A model generated the notes under the pieces. It saw only the letters and a program-made list of their open reading frames with translations, was not told where the DNA came from and did no database searches. From positions 68,941 to 132,940 of the forward strand of contig CALMAY010000037.1 in assembly GCA_937861125.1 (NCBI GenBank): a stretch of 64,000 bases of DNA, given 5' to 3'. Positions 35,738 through 44,630 of this stretch are shown here, piece by piece. A program made the translations under genes and the position numbers. How positions within the stretch are numbered: position 1 is the stretch's first letter; the number at the start of each line of letters is the position of its first letter. This DNA is from an uncultured bacterium. Lineage in GTDB: Bacteria > Patescibacteriota > Patescibacteriia > Magasanikbacterales > UBA922.

Positions 35738-36923
35738 TATCATAGATACCCATCAGATCTTCCAGTGTTTCTCGCCTTCGAATAACTCTTACATCCTCAC
35801 CATCCACCAAAATTTCAACTGGTCGCGGACGAAACTGATACTCACTACTCATACTAAATCCGTACGCTCCAGCATTTTTGATTGCAACGATATCTCCAAC
35901 CTCACTTTTTGGAAACATCCGTTCTTTGGCAAAAAAGTCCGCACACTCACACACATTTCCACCAATATCAGTAGAACTCTCACCCCCACTACGAGAGAGA
36001 TTGACTATCTCATGATATGAATCATATAGCGCTGGTCGAATCAGATGTGCCATACTCGTATTGAGCCCTACATATGCGCGCCCATTTCCAAGTGTTTTAG
36101 TCTCCGCCACTTCTGCTACAAGTGTCCCTGCCTCAGCAATAGGAAAACGTCCTGGCTCAAACCGCAATACAATCTCTCGCCCATATGCAACACAAAACGC
36201 ATGAAGTTTCTCCACTGTTTTTTCTCCCAATATTTTGAGATCCAGTGGCTGCTGATTGGGACGATACGGAATACCAAACCCACCACCCACATCAACAAAC
36301 TCAATGTCAGGAAACTGTTTTGCAATACCCAACATAGTATCAAGCGCCAAAAGAGGCTTTTCACTTTCAAGCCACCCAGAACCAATATGTCCATGAATAC
36401 CGATAATACACACACCGTACTGTGTTGCAATATCTCGTGCCTGCACTACCTCTTCTGGAGGAATACCAAATTTACTATCTGGTCCACCTGTAAAGTTGGT
36501 CGCATGTGATCCGTCAGCAACATTTGGATTGATACGAATACACACGTCGGTGGAAGGAAACGCTTTTACATACCGCTCCAACCGAGATATCGATCCAATA
36601 TTGATAAGGATGCCAAGCGCACGTGCGGTCACCATCTCAGTGTCTGTCATCGCACTCTCGGTATACATGATCTTTTTTGGTGAGACACCGCATGCGAGTG
36701 CTAGTTGTACTTCTTCTAGAGATACCGCATCCACTCCAAACCCTTGGGCTGCGATAAGTCGAACAATGTGTGGATTATAATTTGCCTTGACTGCATACAA
36801 CCACTCTACTTTTTCGTATGATGCATACACAGCTTTGAGCTGTGCACATCGGTCACGAATGATTTGCACATCGTAGACATATAGTGGTGTGCCGTACTGC
36901 TGGGCGAGTGAGGTGAGATTCAT
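35721..36923 (-). CDS. lysA: PLP-dependent decarboxylase, diaminopimelate decarboxylase family
   Basis: AVKAN (PLP Lys), GGGFGIPY, EPGR, and CECAD. Confidence 0.8.
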   Translation of the reverse strand: MNLTSLAQQYGTPLYVYDVQIIRDRCAQLKAVYASYEKVEWLYAVKANYNPHIVRLIAAQGFGVDAVSLEEVQLALACGVSPKKIMYTESAMTDTEMVTARALGILINIGSISRLERYVKAFPSTDVCIRINPNVADGSHATNFTGGPDSKFGIPPEEVVQARDIATQYGVCIIGIHGHIGSGWLESEKPLLALDTMLGIAKQFPDIEFVDVGGGFGIPYRPNQQPLDLKILGEKTVEKLHAFCVAYGREIVLRFEPGRFPIAEAGTLVAEVAETKTLGNGRAYVGLNTSMAHLIRPALYDSYHEIVNLSRSGGESSTDIGGNVCECADFFAKERMFPKSEVGDIVAIKNAGAYGFSMSSEYQFRPRPVEILVDGEDVRVIRRRETLEDLMGIYDIKNPG

Positions 36924-37015
36924 AATATATACAAATGTTACTTGTTAACAGTTACTAGTTAATAGTCGGTTAGATGTGTTTGTGTGAGCGTGCCCCTCAC
37001 ACGCCCACACCGCCG

Positions 37016-37210
37016 CTACTCTGCGGCGAGCCTCTCCTTCACCCCCTTCTGTTGAAAAAACTCCCGAACCTCCTCCACAGTCGCATTACGACCATTTCGG
37101 AGGTGAAACTCGGACAGGAACATCTCGAGCACGTCGATGTTCCAGCCCGCCTCTCGCGCCTCACGGCGCAGCTCGAGGTACTCCTCGAGCGTCATCTGCT
37201 CTGGCCACAT
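37016..37210 (-). CDS. 64-aa hypothetical protein in a GC-rich islet
   Basis: ATG 37210 is preceded by AAGGAGGTG. Sequence: MWPEQMTLEEYLELRREAREAGWNIDVLEMF... The local G+C is far above that of the flanks. Confidence 0.5.
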   Translation of the reverse strand: MWPEQMTLEEYLELRREAREAGWNIDVLEMFLSEFHLRNGRNATVEEVREFFQQKGVKERLAAE

Positions 37211-37295
37211 TGGGCCACCTCCTTGCATCCTGGCGGTGCCTTGTTATTTGTTGTTAAATTTATTACCAGGAGAAATGTCACGCATCACCTAGTAA

Positions 37296-37318
37296 CAAAA
37301 AGCCCGCTTTCGCGGGTC
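37296..37318 (-). terminator. Minus-strand terminator-like hairpin
   Basis: Minus strand: GACCCGC-gaaa-GCGGGC followed by T5. Confidence 0.55.
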
Positions 37319-37491
37319 ATGTAGGTTTGTTGTGAAAATACTATTCGCAGACAAACAAAGACAACCCGCTACCGAGCACCTTCTTTGTCTTTTTTGTGTA
37401 TAGTTTAAATACATTTATATACATACTATATATAAGCCTATCAATGTTTGATGTACAATGCAACTATATACTGTGGATAACCATCATCACA

Positions 37492-37520
37492 TTGACAAAA
37501 CCACTTTTTTGTGCTATACT
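37492..37520 (+). promoter_or_regulatory. rpsT promoter
   Basis: TTGACA, 17-nt spacer, TGC-TATACT (extended -10). Confidence 0.8.
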
Positions 37521-37610
37521 ATATATATATTGTGTTAATCGCTCTCACTTTTAACCAAAAAGCCTTGAAAGCATTTTAAGCCTATCAAGCCTTCTAAGCC
37601 TTAAACAAAT

Positions 37611-37877
37611 ATGCCAATCAAACGCAGTGCGGAAAAAGCGCTCCGCCAATCAAAAAAACGCGCCACTCGTAACGAAGTCTACCGTGCAGCGTACAAACAG
37701 GCAGTCAAAGATGTCAAAAAAGCTATCGAGGTCGGAGAAAAAGAGGTAACCAAAAAAATCAGCACAGTACAAAAAACACTCGGCAAAGCTGCAAAAAAGG
37801 GTGTCCTCAGTAAAAAAACCGCTGCGCGTAAAATCTCTCGTTTGATGAAAAAAGCAAACAAAACGCTCACGAAATAA
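37611..37877 (+). CDS. rpsT: 30S ribosomal protein S20
   Basis: MPIKRSAEKALRQSKKRATRN... is typical of S20. Confidence 0.95.
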   Translation: MPIKRSAEKALRQSKKRATRNEVYRAAYKQAVKDVKKAIEVGEKEVTKKISTVQKTLGKAAKKGVLSKKTAARKISRLMKKANKTLTK

Positions 37878-37886
37878 TATTACTCA

Positions 37887-37912
37887 ACACCCGATATCAT
37901 TCGGGTGTTTTA
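37887..37912 (+). terminator. Terminator after rpsT
   Basis: Hairpin ACACCCGA-tatcat-TCGGGTGT followed by TTTTAT. Confidence 0.8.
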
Positions 37913-37922
37913 TGTATCAAAT

Positions 37923-39455
37923 ATGTCAGAAGGTATACGCACAAGACGCCCCGCAGTAGAAACTGAAGATGTTGTAATTCTTCAGCAAGAACACAGTGCG
38001 GTTGCCCAACAACATTTGGACCAGTACGTCAAAAGCCGTCTTTTTCCTATTGAAATTTTTTTAGAAAAAATTTCAAAACTTACGGAACAAGATTCACAAA
38101 ATTCTATATTAGAAAGAGATGAGATAATCTCTGAGAATTCTTTTTTCGAAAAAGCAAGAAAATCTCGTGACCGCGCACACAAAATGTTTGTGGCATTCCA
38201 ACATATTCTCCATGCGCGGATCACACGCGATGCTCATACATTCACAGAAGAACATGGAACATGGAAGCCTGCAGTCTATGCATCACTCATGGAAGCACTT
38301 TCTTTTGCAAAACCTAAACTAGATGCTATTTTTACTTTTTTAGAAAATACACCAGCCGATGAATTGCGGAGTACTCTCTCTGGAGAAGAACCACACACAT
38401 CCCTACGAACGGTTGAGCCTGCTGCACTTCGAGATATTATTCAAACGATTTCTGACGAACAAACAAAAGCTATCGAACAATTCAAACAAAAAATCAGACA
38501 ATCTATACCTGACTTACAAGAAATGGCTATTTTATCTATAGAAAACCAAGAAGGAAATACAATAGACCCACTTACAGAGCTCATGAACAAAGCAGGTATC
38601 ACAGCGCACGCAGAAGAAGCCAAAAAAAGACTTGAATCCAGATATGCTCTATGGAATACAAACGAAAACAAAAAGCCAAAAGATGAACCTGTCACAGTTA
38701 TAATACATTTTGATATAAATGACTTTAAAGGTATCAATACTCGAATTGGACATGAAGGAGCTGATAAACTTTTAGTTATTACAGGAGAGATAATAAAAAA
38801 AGCAATCCGATCTGACATAGGAGACGGTGCTGCCCGTATGGGGGGTGATGAATTTTGTATAATTCTTGATACAACAATTGATGCAGTGACAAAAATTCAG
38901 ACACGTTTTAATAATTTACTTAATTTTGATCCACCAGAAAATCCAGAGGAACACGCTACCCACCCAAATGAAAAAATTCGTGTGGCTGGAGGTATCTTTG
39001 TTATGCGACATACCACAAAAAAAACCTTTTCAAAGATGGTAGAAGCAGCAGAAATAGCAGGTTTTACAAGAAAAATACGCAAAACGGATGGAATTACTGG
39101 CTTAGCCATCTATAGCAAAGAACTAAAAGAAAGTTTTAAAAAACATATTAAAGAAAATAGAGATGGAATACAAAAATTTGCACAATTATATGCTCGTATG
39201 CTTCTTGATCGACTTATCAAGCAAGCAGAGAATCAGTCTGAATCTGCTGATGAAGATATACAGCTAGCTGGTAGAGAAAATATGGCTGATTACGAACAGA
39301 TGTTGCCTATACAAGAGAGAATTGCGACTCGAGAAATTAATCTAGCTCTAAAAGGTAAATCAACCAACGAAACACTAAATGCACTTTTAAACTCAGATCA
39401 TTCATCTTCCCCCGATACGCAAACCTATCAAAGTCTCACACCACCTCAAACATAA
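37923..39455 (+). CDS. GGDEF-domain protein (putative diguanylate cyclase) with uncharacterised N- and C-terminal regions
   Basis: DINDFKGINTRIGHEGADKLL ... ARMGGDEFCIIL. Start set to ATG 37923, downstream of the rpsT terminator. Confidence 0.85.
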   Translation: MSEGIRTRRPAVETEDVVILQQEHSAVAQQHLDQYVKSRLFPIEIFLEKISKLTEQDSQNSILERDEIISENSFFEKARKSRDRAHKMFVAFQHILHARITRDAHTFTEEHGTWKPAVYASLMEALSFAKPKLDAIFTFLENTPADELRSTLSGEEPHTSLRTVEPAALRDIIQTISDEQTKAIEQFKQKIRQSIPDLQEMAILSIENQEGNTIDPLTELMNKAGITAHAEEAKKRLESRYALWNTNENKKPKDEPVTVIIHFDINDFKGINTRIGHEGADKLLVITGEIIKKAIRSDIGDGAARMGGDEFCIILDTTIDAVTKIQTRFNNLLNFDPPENPEEHATHPNEKIRVAGGIFVMRHTTKKTFSKMVEAAEIAGFTRKIRKTDGITGLAIYSKELKESFKKHIKENRDGIQKFAQLYARMLLDRLIKQAENQSESADEDIQLAGRENMADYEQMLPIQERIATREINLALKGKSTNETLNALLNSDHSSSPDTQTYQSLTPPQT

Positions 39456-40408
39456 CATACAAATCGATCCAACAATACGGCCGCATTCGCGCCGTATTTT
39501 GTTTGTTTGTCGATCTCAAAAAGCTGTGTGTGAATCGCTTGCAATTCTGCGAGTGTGATGCGTTTTACCAATGGCAATGTTTTCTTGACAACAAATGGAT
39601 GAAGTCCAAGCTTCTTTGCTGCTGCATCACTAGAGATTCCATCTTCGTGTACAAATAAATCTGCAAGTTGAATCAATATACGATACTGTCGAATCAACAT
39701 CGCGAGAATGTATTGTGGTTCTTTCCCTATTTTATACTGATCGGTAATTAATTTTTGGGCACGTGCCGTTTGTTTAGACACTACTGCGTCTACTAAAGCA
39801 AAAATATCATCACTTGCAGACGGATCGAGAAACAATGTGACATCTTGTCGCGTTATCTCCCGCCCGAACACATAGGCGCACACCTGTTCGATCACATTGT
39901 GCGCGAGCCACAGATCACCACAACTGTTAATAGAGAGGTAACTAATAGCATCTTTGGCCATCATACCACCACGTTTTTTTACCTCGTCATGTATCCATGC
40001 TTCACGTTTACGATCATCGAGCACAGCAAACTCGGTGGCATATTTTTCTTTTTTCAGCAATGCAAACAACTCTTTTTTGGCCTTGGCTTTGGGCTCATCA
40101 CTACCTTCCCAAAATACAATGATGTTGGAGTCAGGAAATCCACCTGCACCAATACGTTCTATTACCTGCTCAATAATTTCTTCATGTTTGGACGCAAGCA
40201 AATTTTCAACCACCACCATACGCTTTTCGGCGAGAAAGGGGGAAGCGAGCATCTCAGACCAGAGTTTAGATCCATGCTTTTCTTCGAATGCATCAAGCAG
40301 GACCACGTTATAGCCAGCAGGATCACGTAGCTGCTTAAACCGCTCAATCTGATCGTGTAAGTAGGAGCGGCTACGAAAAGTGTCTGGACCGTAGAGAAAG
40401 AGAATCAT
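39446..40408 (-). CDS. holA: DNA polymerase III delta subunit
   Basis: MILFLYGPDTF..., with length and C-terminal helical pattern typical of HolA. Start moved to Met37. Confidence 0.8.
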   Translation of the reverse strand: MILFLYGPDTFRSRSYLHDQIERFKQLRDPAGYNVVLLDAFEEKHGSKLWSEMLASPFLAEKRMVVVENLLASKHEEIIEQVIERIGAGGFPDSNIIVFWEGSDEPKAKAKKELFALLKKEKYATEFAVLDDRKREAWIHDEVKKRGGMMAKDAISYLSINSCGDLWLAHNVIEQVCAYVFGREITRQDVTLFLDPSASDDIFALVDAVVSKQTARAQKLITDQYKIGKEPQYILAMLIRQYRILIQLADLFVHEDGISSDAAAKKLGLHPFVVKKTLPLVKRITLAELQAIHTQLFEIDKQTKYGANAAVLLDRFVCYV

Positions 40409-40476
40409 AGCAGTCGTATTGTATACGTAGAAATCACTTTGCGCAACGGTCGCATTTCCTGATATACTGTATCCAT

Positions 40477-40896
40477 ATGAACATACCACTTCTCCACACA
40501 GACGAAAAACACCCAATCATCGCCCTACGTGAAAAACGCACCTTTGGTCAACGAGTGAGTGACAACGTCACAAAACTACTAGGTAGCTGGACATTTATCC
40601 TTATCTTCATCTCATACTTGATCCTGTGGGTAGCACTCAATGTATACGAATTCCTTTTTAACGCATGGGACCCATTTCCATTTATTCTCCTAAACCTCAC
40701 GCTCTCCTGTGTATCAGCACTTCAAGCACCCCTCATCCTGATGAGTCAAAACCGACAGGCAGAACGTGATCGTGTCGCTGCCAAATATGATTATGCGGTA
40801 AACAAAAAGGCTGAGAAAGAGATACAGCAGGCGCTAAAAGAGTTGCAAGAAATAAAAGAATTACTCAAACAATCTCATCCAAATACCCCACAGTAA
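40477..40896 (+). CDS. DUF1003 family membrane protein
   Basis: FGQRVSDNVTKLLGSWTFI ... FPFILLNLTLSCVSALQAPLILMSQNRQ. Confidence 0.75.
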   Translation: MNIPLLHTDEKHPIIALREKRTFGQRVSDNVTKLLGSWTFILIFISYLILWVALNVYEFLFNAWDPFPFILLNLTLSCVSALQAPLILMSQNRQAERDRVAAKYDYAVNKKAEKEIQQALKELQEIKELLKQSHPNTPQ

Positions 40897-40980
40897 CGGG
40901 GTATTTTATTTTCACTCTCAAACCACATATGGGTGTTGTTTTTTTACAAAACCGTGTACAATAGGCCTACATATAATTCT

Positions 40981-42246
40981 ATGACTATTCATAAAACCCA
41001 AACAACCCACCATGCAGATATCCTTATTGTTGGAGCAGGTATCGCTGGATACGAGGCATTTCGCACACTCTCCAAAGAACTAAAGAAACACAAGATCAAA
41101 AAAACCATCACCCTAATTGACCAAAACAACTTTTTTACCTTTGTACCGCTTCTGCACGAAGTCGCATCAGGCGCAGTAGAACCAACTCATGCTTCTGTCC
41201 CGATTCGCGAACTCATTCACAATACGCCACACACATTCATCCGTGCCCGGATGACACACATTGACCCGGAAGAAAAGATAGTGAGCACTACAGCAGGAAA
41301 TATCACATTTGAAACCTGTGTCGTAGCGACTGGTAGTACGACAAACTATTTCAACACGCCAGGAGCAAAAGAACACACCTACCACGTCCGCACACTCCGC
41401 GATGCGCTCACACTACAGAGTGCACTGCTTAGCAAACTTGAATCATGCACCACATGTCCACTTAGTATTACTATTGTTGGAGGCGGATACACTGGCGTAG
41501 AGTTGGCAGCTGAATTTGCACAACTTGTAAACCACGAACTCAGACAGCTCTATCCAACAGGAAAAGCATCGGTAACTATCATCGAACCAAACCAAAGCAT
41601 CCTCTCTATCCTCCCTAAAAAAGTACAAACAAAAGTAACAAAGCGCCTGACAGATATGCACGTCAATATTCTCACAGGCGAACGTGTCACAGAGGTAACT
41701 TCTACAGAACTCAAACTAGCTTCAGGAAATACACTCCCAAACAGCATCACCATCTGGTCCACTGGATTTACCACCGACGCGGGATCGTTTCTCCCAGAGA
41801 GCTGTGTCGAAAAGGGGAGAATATTAACCAATGAATATCTCCAGACAAAGCAACACTCGTCCATCTACGCACTCGGCGATGTCGCTCGCATCGTCGACCC
41901 GACCAATCCAGAAGTGGTCTATCCACAGCTAGGCGAAGCAGCACACAAAGCAGGGGAGTATGTCGGCACACACATCGTCCGTACACTCCTAGGCAAACAA
42001 ACAAAACCATTTCGGTTCAAGTCACATGCCACACTTATGCCAATTGGTGAGTGGTACGGAGTTGCCATATTTTCCCCTCGCATCATTCTCTTTGGCAAAC
42101 TCGCTTGGTGGATGCGACGCACAGCATATGTCCTCTTTATGCCTGGTTTTTTGCGTAAATTACGCATTGTTTTGGATTGGACCTTGATGTCTTTTGGATT
42201 TCGACATATAATAGACTTACAAATTGAGGAAGAACACGATATATGA
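40981..42246 (+). CDS. ndh: Type II NADH dehydrogenase-like FAD oxidoreductase
   Basis: ILIVGAGIAGYE, a second Rossmann fold ITIVGGGYTGVE, and ALGDVA. Start moved to MTIHKTQ. Confidence 0.8.
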   Translation: MTIHKTQTTHHADILIVGAGIAGYEAFRTLSKELKKHKIKKTITLIDQNNFFTFVPLLHEVASGAVEPTHASVPIRELIHNTPHTFIRARMTHIDPEEKIVSTTAGNITFETCVVATGSTTNYFNTPGAKEHTYHVRTLRDALTLQSALLSKLESCTTCPLSITIVGGGYTGVELAAEFAQLVNHELRQLYPTGKASVTIIEPNQSILSILPKKVQTKVTKRLTDMHVNILTGERVTEVTSTELKLASGNTLPNSITIWSTGFTTDAGSFLPESCVEKGRILTNEYLQTKQHSSIYALGDVARIVDPTNPEVVYPQLGEAAHKAGEYVGTHIVRTLLGKQTKPFRFKSHATLMPIGEWYGVAIFSPRIILFGKLAWWMRRTAYVLFMPGFLRKLRIVLDWTLMSFGFRHIIDLQIEEEHDI

Positions 42247-42360
42247 CAAAAATTATGATGAAAATGAAACAAAAATTTTCTCAGTAATTAAATAATTTTT
42301 GACTCATTTTTGAATAATTTTCATTTATTAGTCTTATTCTTAATTATTTACACTATTTGT

Positions 42361-42780
42361 ATGAAGCAACTTCAAAAATGGTACAACGCAGACACAGGGC
42401 TCCTGATGCTCCGCGTCGCAACAGGTCTCGTATTCCTCTATCATGGATGGACCAAACTCCAAGGTATTGATGGAGTAGGCATGTTCTTTGGATCCCTCGG
42501 TATCCCTCTTGCCTCAGTTATGGCTTGGGTCGTTGCACTCGTTGAATTTGTTGGCGGTATCGCACTTCTCACTGGCGTATACAGTCGCATTGCAGCCAAA
42601 TTCCTCGCAGTTACTATGATTGTAGCGCTCCTGACCGCACACATCGACGGACCATGGAAATCAGCAGAACTTCCACTTGTTCTTCTTGGTGCCATGTTTG
42701 CTCTCATGATGGGTGGCCCTGGTGCATACGTTGCCATGAAAAAAGATTGCACATGCCTCGGTTGGTGCAAAAAATCATAA
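42361..42780 (+). CDS. DoxX family membrane protein
   Basis: LMLRVATGLVFLYHGWTKL, with 4 TMs. Confidence 0.75.
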   Translation: MKQLQKWYNADTGLLMLRVATGLVFLYHGWTKLQGIDGVGMFFGSLGIPLASVMAWVVALVEFVGGIALLTGVYSRIAAKFLAVTMIVALLTAHIDGPWKSAELPLVLLGAMFALMMGGPGAYVAMKKDCTCLGWCKKS

Positions 42781-42798
42781 CCTCACCATAACAAACAC

Positions 42799-42824
42799 AA
42801 ACCCCGACAACTGTCGGGGTTTTA
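42799..42824 (+). terminator. Terminator after the DoxX gene
   Basis: Hairpin CCCCGAC-aact-GTCGGGG followed by TTTTAT. Confidence 0.8.
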
Positions 42825-42839
42825 TAACTTCTATTTCCT

Positions 42840-43148
42840 ATGCAATTTTCAGAACTTCAAAATGAGATCAACAAAAACATGGATCGATATTCGCAGCACA
42901 ACAATATTACAGTGGATGAAAACTGGGCAGTACTCAAACTCCTCGAAGAACTCGGCGAGTTTTCTCAATCGGTTATTATTCATCGCAAACAAAGTAGACC
43001 TGAAAAATATTTACCGGAAACAGAATCAAAAAATGAAATAGCCAAAGAATTGGCTGATGTAATCGGTATGGCAATTGTCTGTGCAAAATTATTTGATATT
43101 GATTTGGAAGAGGCACTAAATAAAAAATGGATAAAAAGAACATCATAA
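42840..43148 (+). CDS. MazG-like nucleotide pyrophosphohydrolase
   Basis: LLEELGEFSQ ... ELADVIGMAIV is the EExxE/D four-helix pattern. Confidence 0.65.
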   Translation: MQFSELQNEINKNMDRYSQHNNITVDENWAVLKLLEELGEFSQSVIIHRKQSRPEKYLPETESKNEIAKELADVIGMAIVCAKLFDIDLEEALNKKWIKRTS

Positions 43149-43152
43149 ATTT

Positions 43153-44184
43153 ATGTCACAAAAAACAACACAAAATCCTGTCGTATCCATCGCTCGACTT
43201 CTTAAAACATTAGGAAAAGAAGAACATATTGTCGTAGAAGTAGAACCAACATGGGAACATGTCGGTCGCATTTTGAAAAAAAATAACACATACTCTTATT
43301 TTCGTGGTGCTCATTTTGATCTCAATGGACTCGGCTCAACTGAGATAGCAGTAGACAAAGCATACACACATTATTTTCTTAAAAAAAGCGGCTTTCGTAC
43401 TATCGATACAAAAACTTTTTTTTCACAATCTTTTGGCAAAAAAATTCATAGCACAAATACTATACGTAGTGCCTACACACATGCCAAAAAAATTGGCTTT
43501 CCGGTAGTAGTAAAACCAAATACAGCATCCCAAGGACGTCTTGTCTGCGTTACACATAATCAAAGAACATTTTTTGAAGCAGTAAAACACATCACACAAA
43601 TAGATCGTGTATTCCTCGTCCAACCACTTATCTCTGGACATGATTACCGCGTCGTAGTACTCAACAATGAAGTACTCTCAGCATACGAGCGACTTCCACT
43701 CACTGTCACTGGAGATGGTACATCTACCATTCATCAACTTCTTGTCAAAAAACAAAAACAGTTTATAACAGAGGGACGAGATACACATATCAACGCTGAC
43801 GACTTTAGAACCACACATAAACTAGCACGTCTTGGATATACAAAAAAGACAATTCTACCTGCAGGTGAATCATGTGCACTCCTTGATAACCGAAATTTAT
43901 CCACTGGCGGTGACTCTATCGATGTAACTACTACCATTGATCCGACATACAAACAGCTTGCTATTGATATTGTCAAAACTATGGGTCTCTCATACTGTGG
44001 CATTGACCTAATGGTTCAACACTCTATCACCCAACCATTTCACCCAAAAACAAACACATACACAGTCATTGAACTCAACGCTGCCCCAGGAGTAGATCAC
44101 TATGCCAAGTCAGGACCAGCACAAAAAAAGAATGTGAAAGAAATGTATCGAAAAGTTCTCAAAGCAATATATACACAAGAATAA
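43153..44184 (+). CDS. ATP-grasp ligase resembling the cyanophycin-synthetase N-terminal / RimK type
   Basis: IAVDKAYTHYFLKKSGF, GFPVVVKPNTASQGR, GHDYRVVVL, NLSTGGDSIDVT, and VIELNAAPG. Confidence 0.75.
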   Translation: MSQKTTQNPVVSIARLLKTLGKEEHIVVEVEPTWEHVGRILKKNNTYSYFRGAHFDLNGLGSTEIAVDKAYTHYFLKKSGFRTIDTKTFFSQSFGKKIHSTNTIRSAYTHAKKIGFPVVVKPNTASQGRLVCVTHNQRTFFEAVKHITQIDRVFLVQPLISGHDYRVVVLNNEVLSAYERLPLTVTGDGTSTIHQLLVKKQKQFITEGRDTHINADDFRTTHKLARLGYTKKTILPAGESCALLDNRNLSTGGDSIDVTTTIDPTYKQLAIDIVKTMGLSYCGIDLMVQHSITQPFHPKTNTYTVIELNAAPGVDHYAKSGPAQKKNVKEMYRKVLKAIYTQE

Positions 44185-44195
44185 TACATGTACAC

Positions 44196-44226
44196 AAAAA
44201 ACCACCCAAAGAACGGGTGGTTTTTT
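44196..44226 (+). terminator. Terminator after the ATP-grasp gene
   Basis: A5, hairpin CCACCC-aaagaac-GGGTGG, then T6. Confidence 0.8.
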
Positions 44227-44242
44227 GTTCCACTTTTAAGCA

Positions 44243-44271
44243 TTGACATCTCTCTCTCTCTTTGCTAATCT
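44243..44271 (+). promoter_or_regulatory. Cassette promoter P4
   Basis: CATTGACA, a 17-nt spacer T(CT)6TTGC, then TAATCT (weak -10). Confidence 0.5.
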
Positions 44272-44302
44272 AATAATTAACCAGCTAGAGCCACGGAGGA
44301 AT

Positions 44303-44602
44303 ATGAGCAAATCATATGTGAACGTCAAAATCGACCATCTTGATTTCTTCAATCTTTTCGAGGAATTTCTAGAAACGGAAAACCAATACGTTCGCATCTA
44401 TCGGCGACCCATTGGACAAGAAGGTGGGAGTGGAAGGTTTACAATCAGAGGGAAAGAGTACCCATCGATCAAACTCTTTAGACATAGAGAATACTGCACA
44501 ATCGGTGACCACGAAGAATTCGCAACACGAGTTCATGAAGTAGTTGCTGCTTTTCTGCAGTTTCTCGACAAGAGAGGCATAACGTACACCATACTTGACT
44601 AA
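44303..44602 (+). CDS. 99-aa hypothetical soluble protein (cassette 4 cargo)
   Basis: ATG 44303 is preceded by GGAGGA. No recognisable motif. Confidence 0.6.
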   Translation: MSKSYVNVKIDHLDFFNLFEEFLETENQYVRIYRRPIGQEGGSGRFTIRGKEYPSIKLFRHREYCTIGDHEEFATRVHEVVAAFLQFLDKRGITYTILD

Positions 44603-44630
44603 TCTCATAGTAGGCGTTGTGGAATAAAAA

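Noticed and set aside
36974-37324. 116-aa plus-strand ORF in the GC-rich islet.
   Set aside because: It has Pro/Leu/His-rich nonsense-like composition and no RBS. The opposite-strand 64-aa ORF has a perfect SD and a balanced helical sequence.
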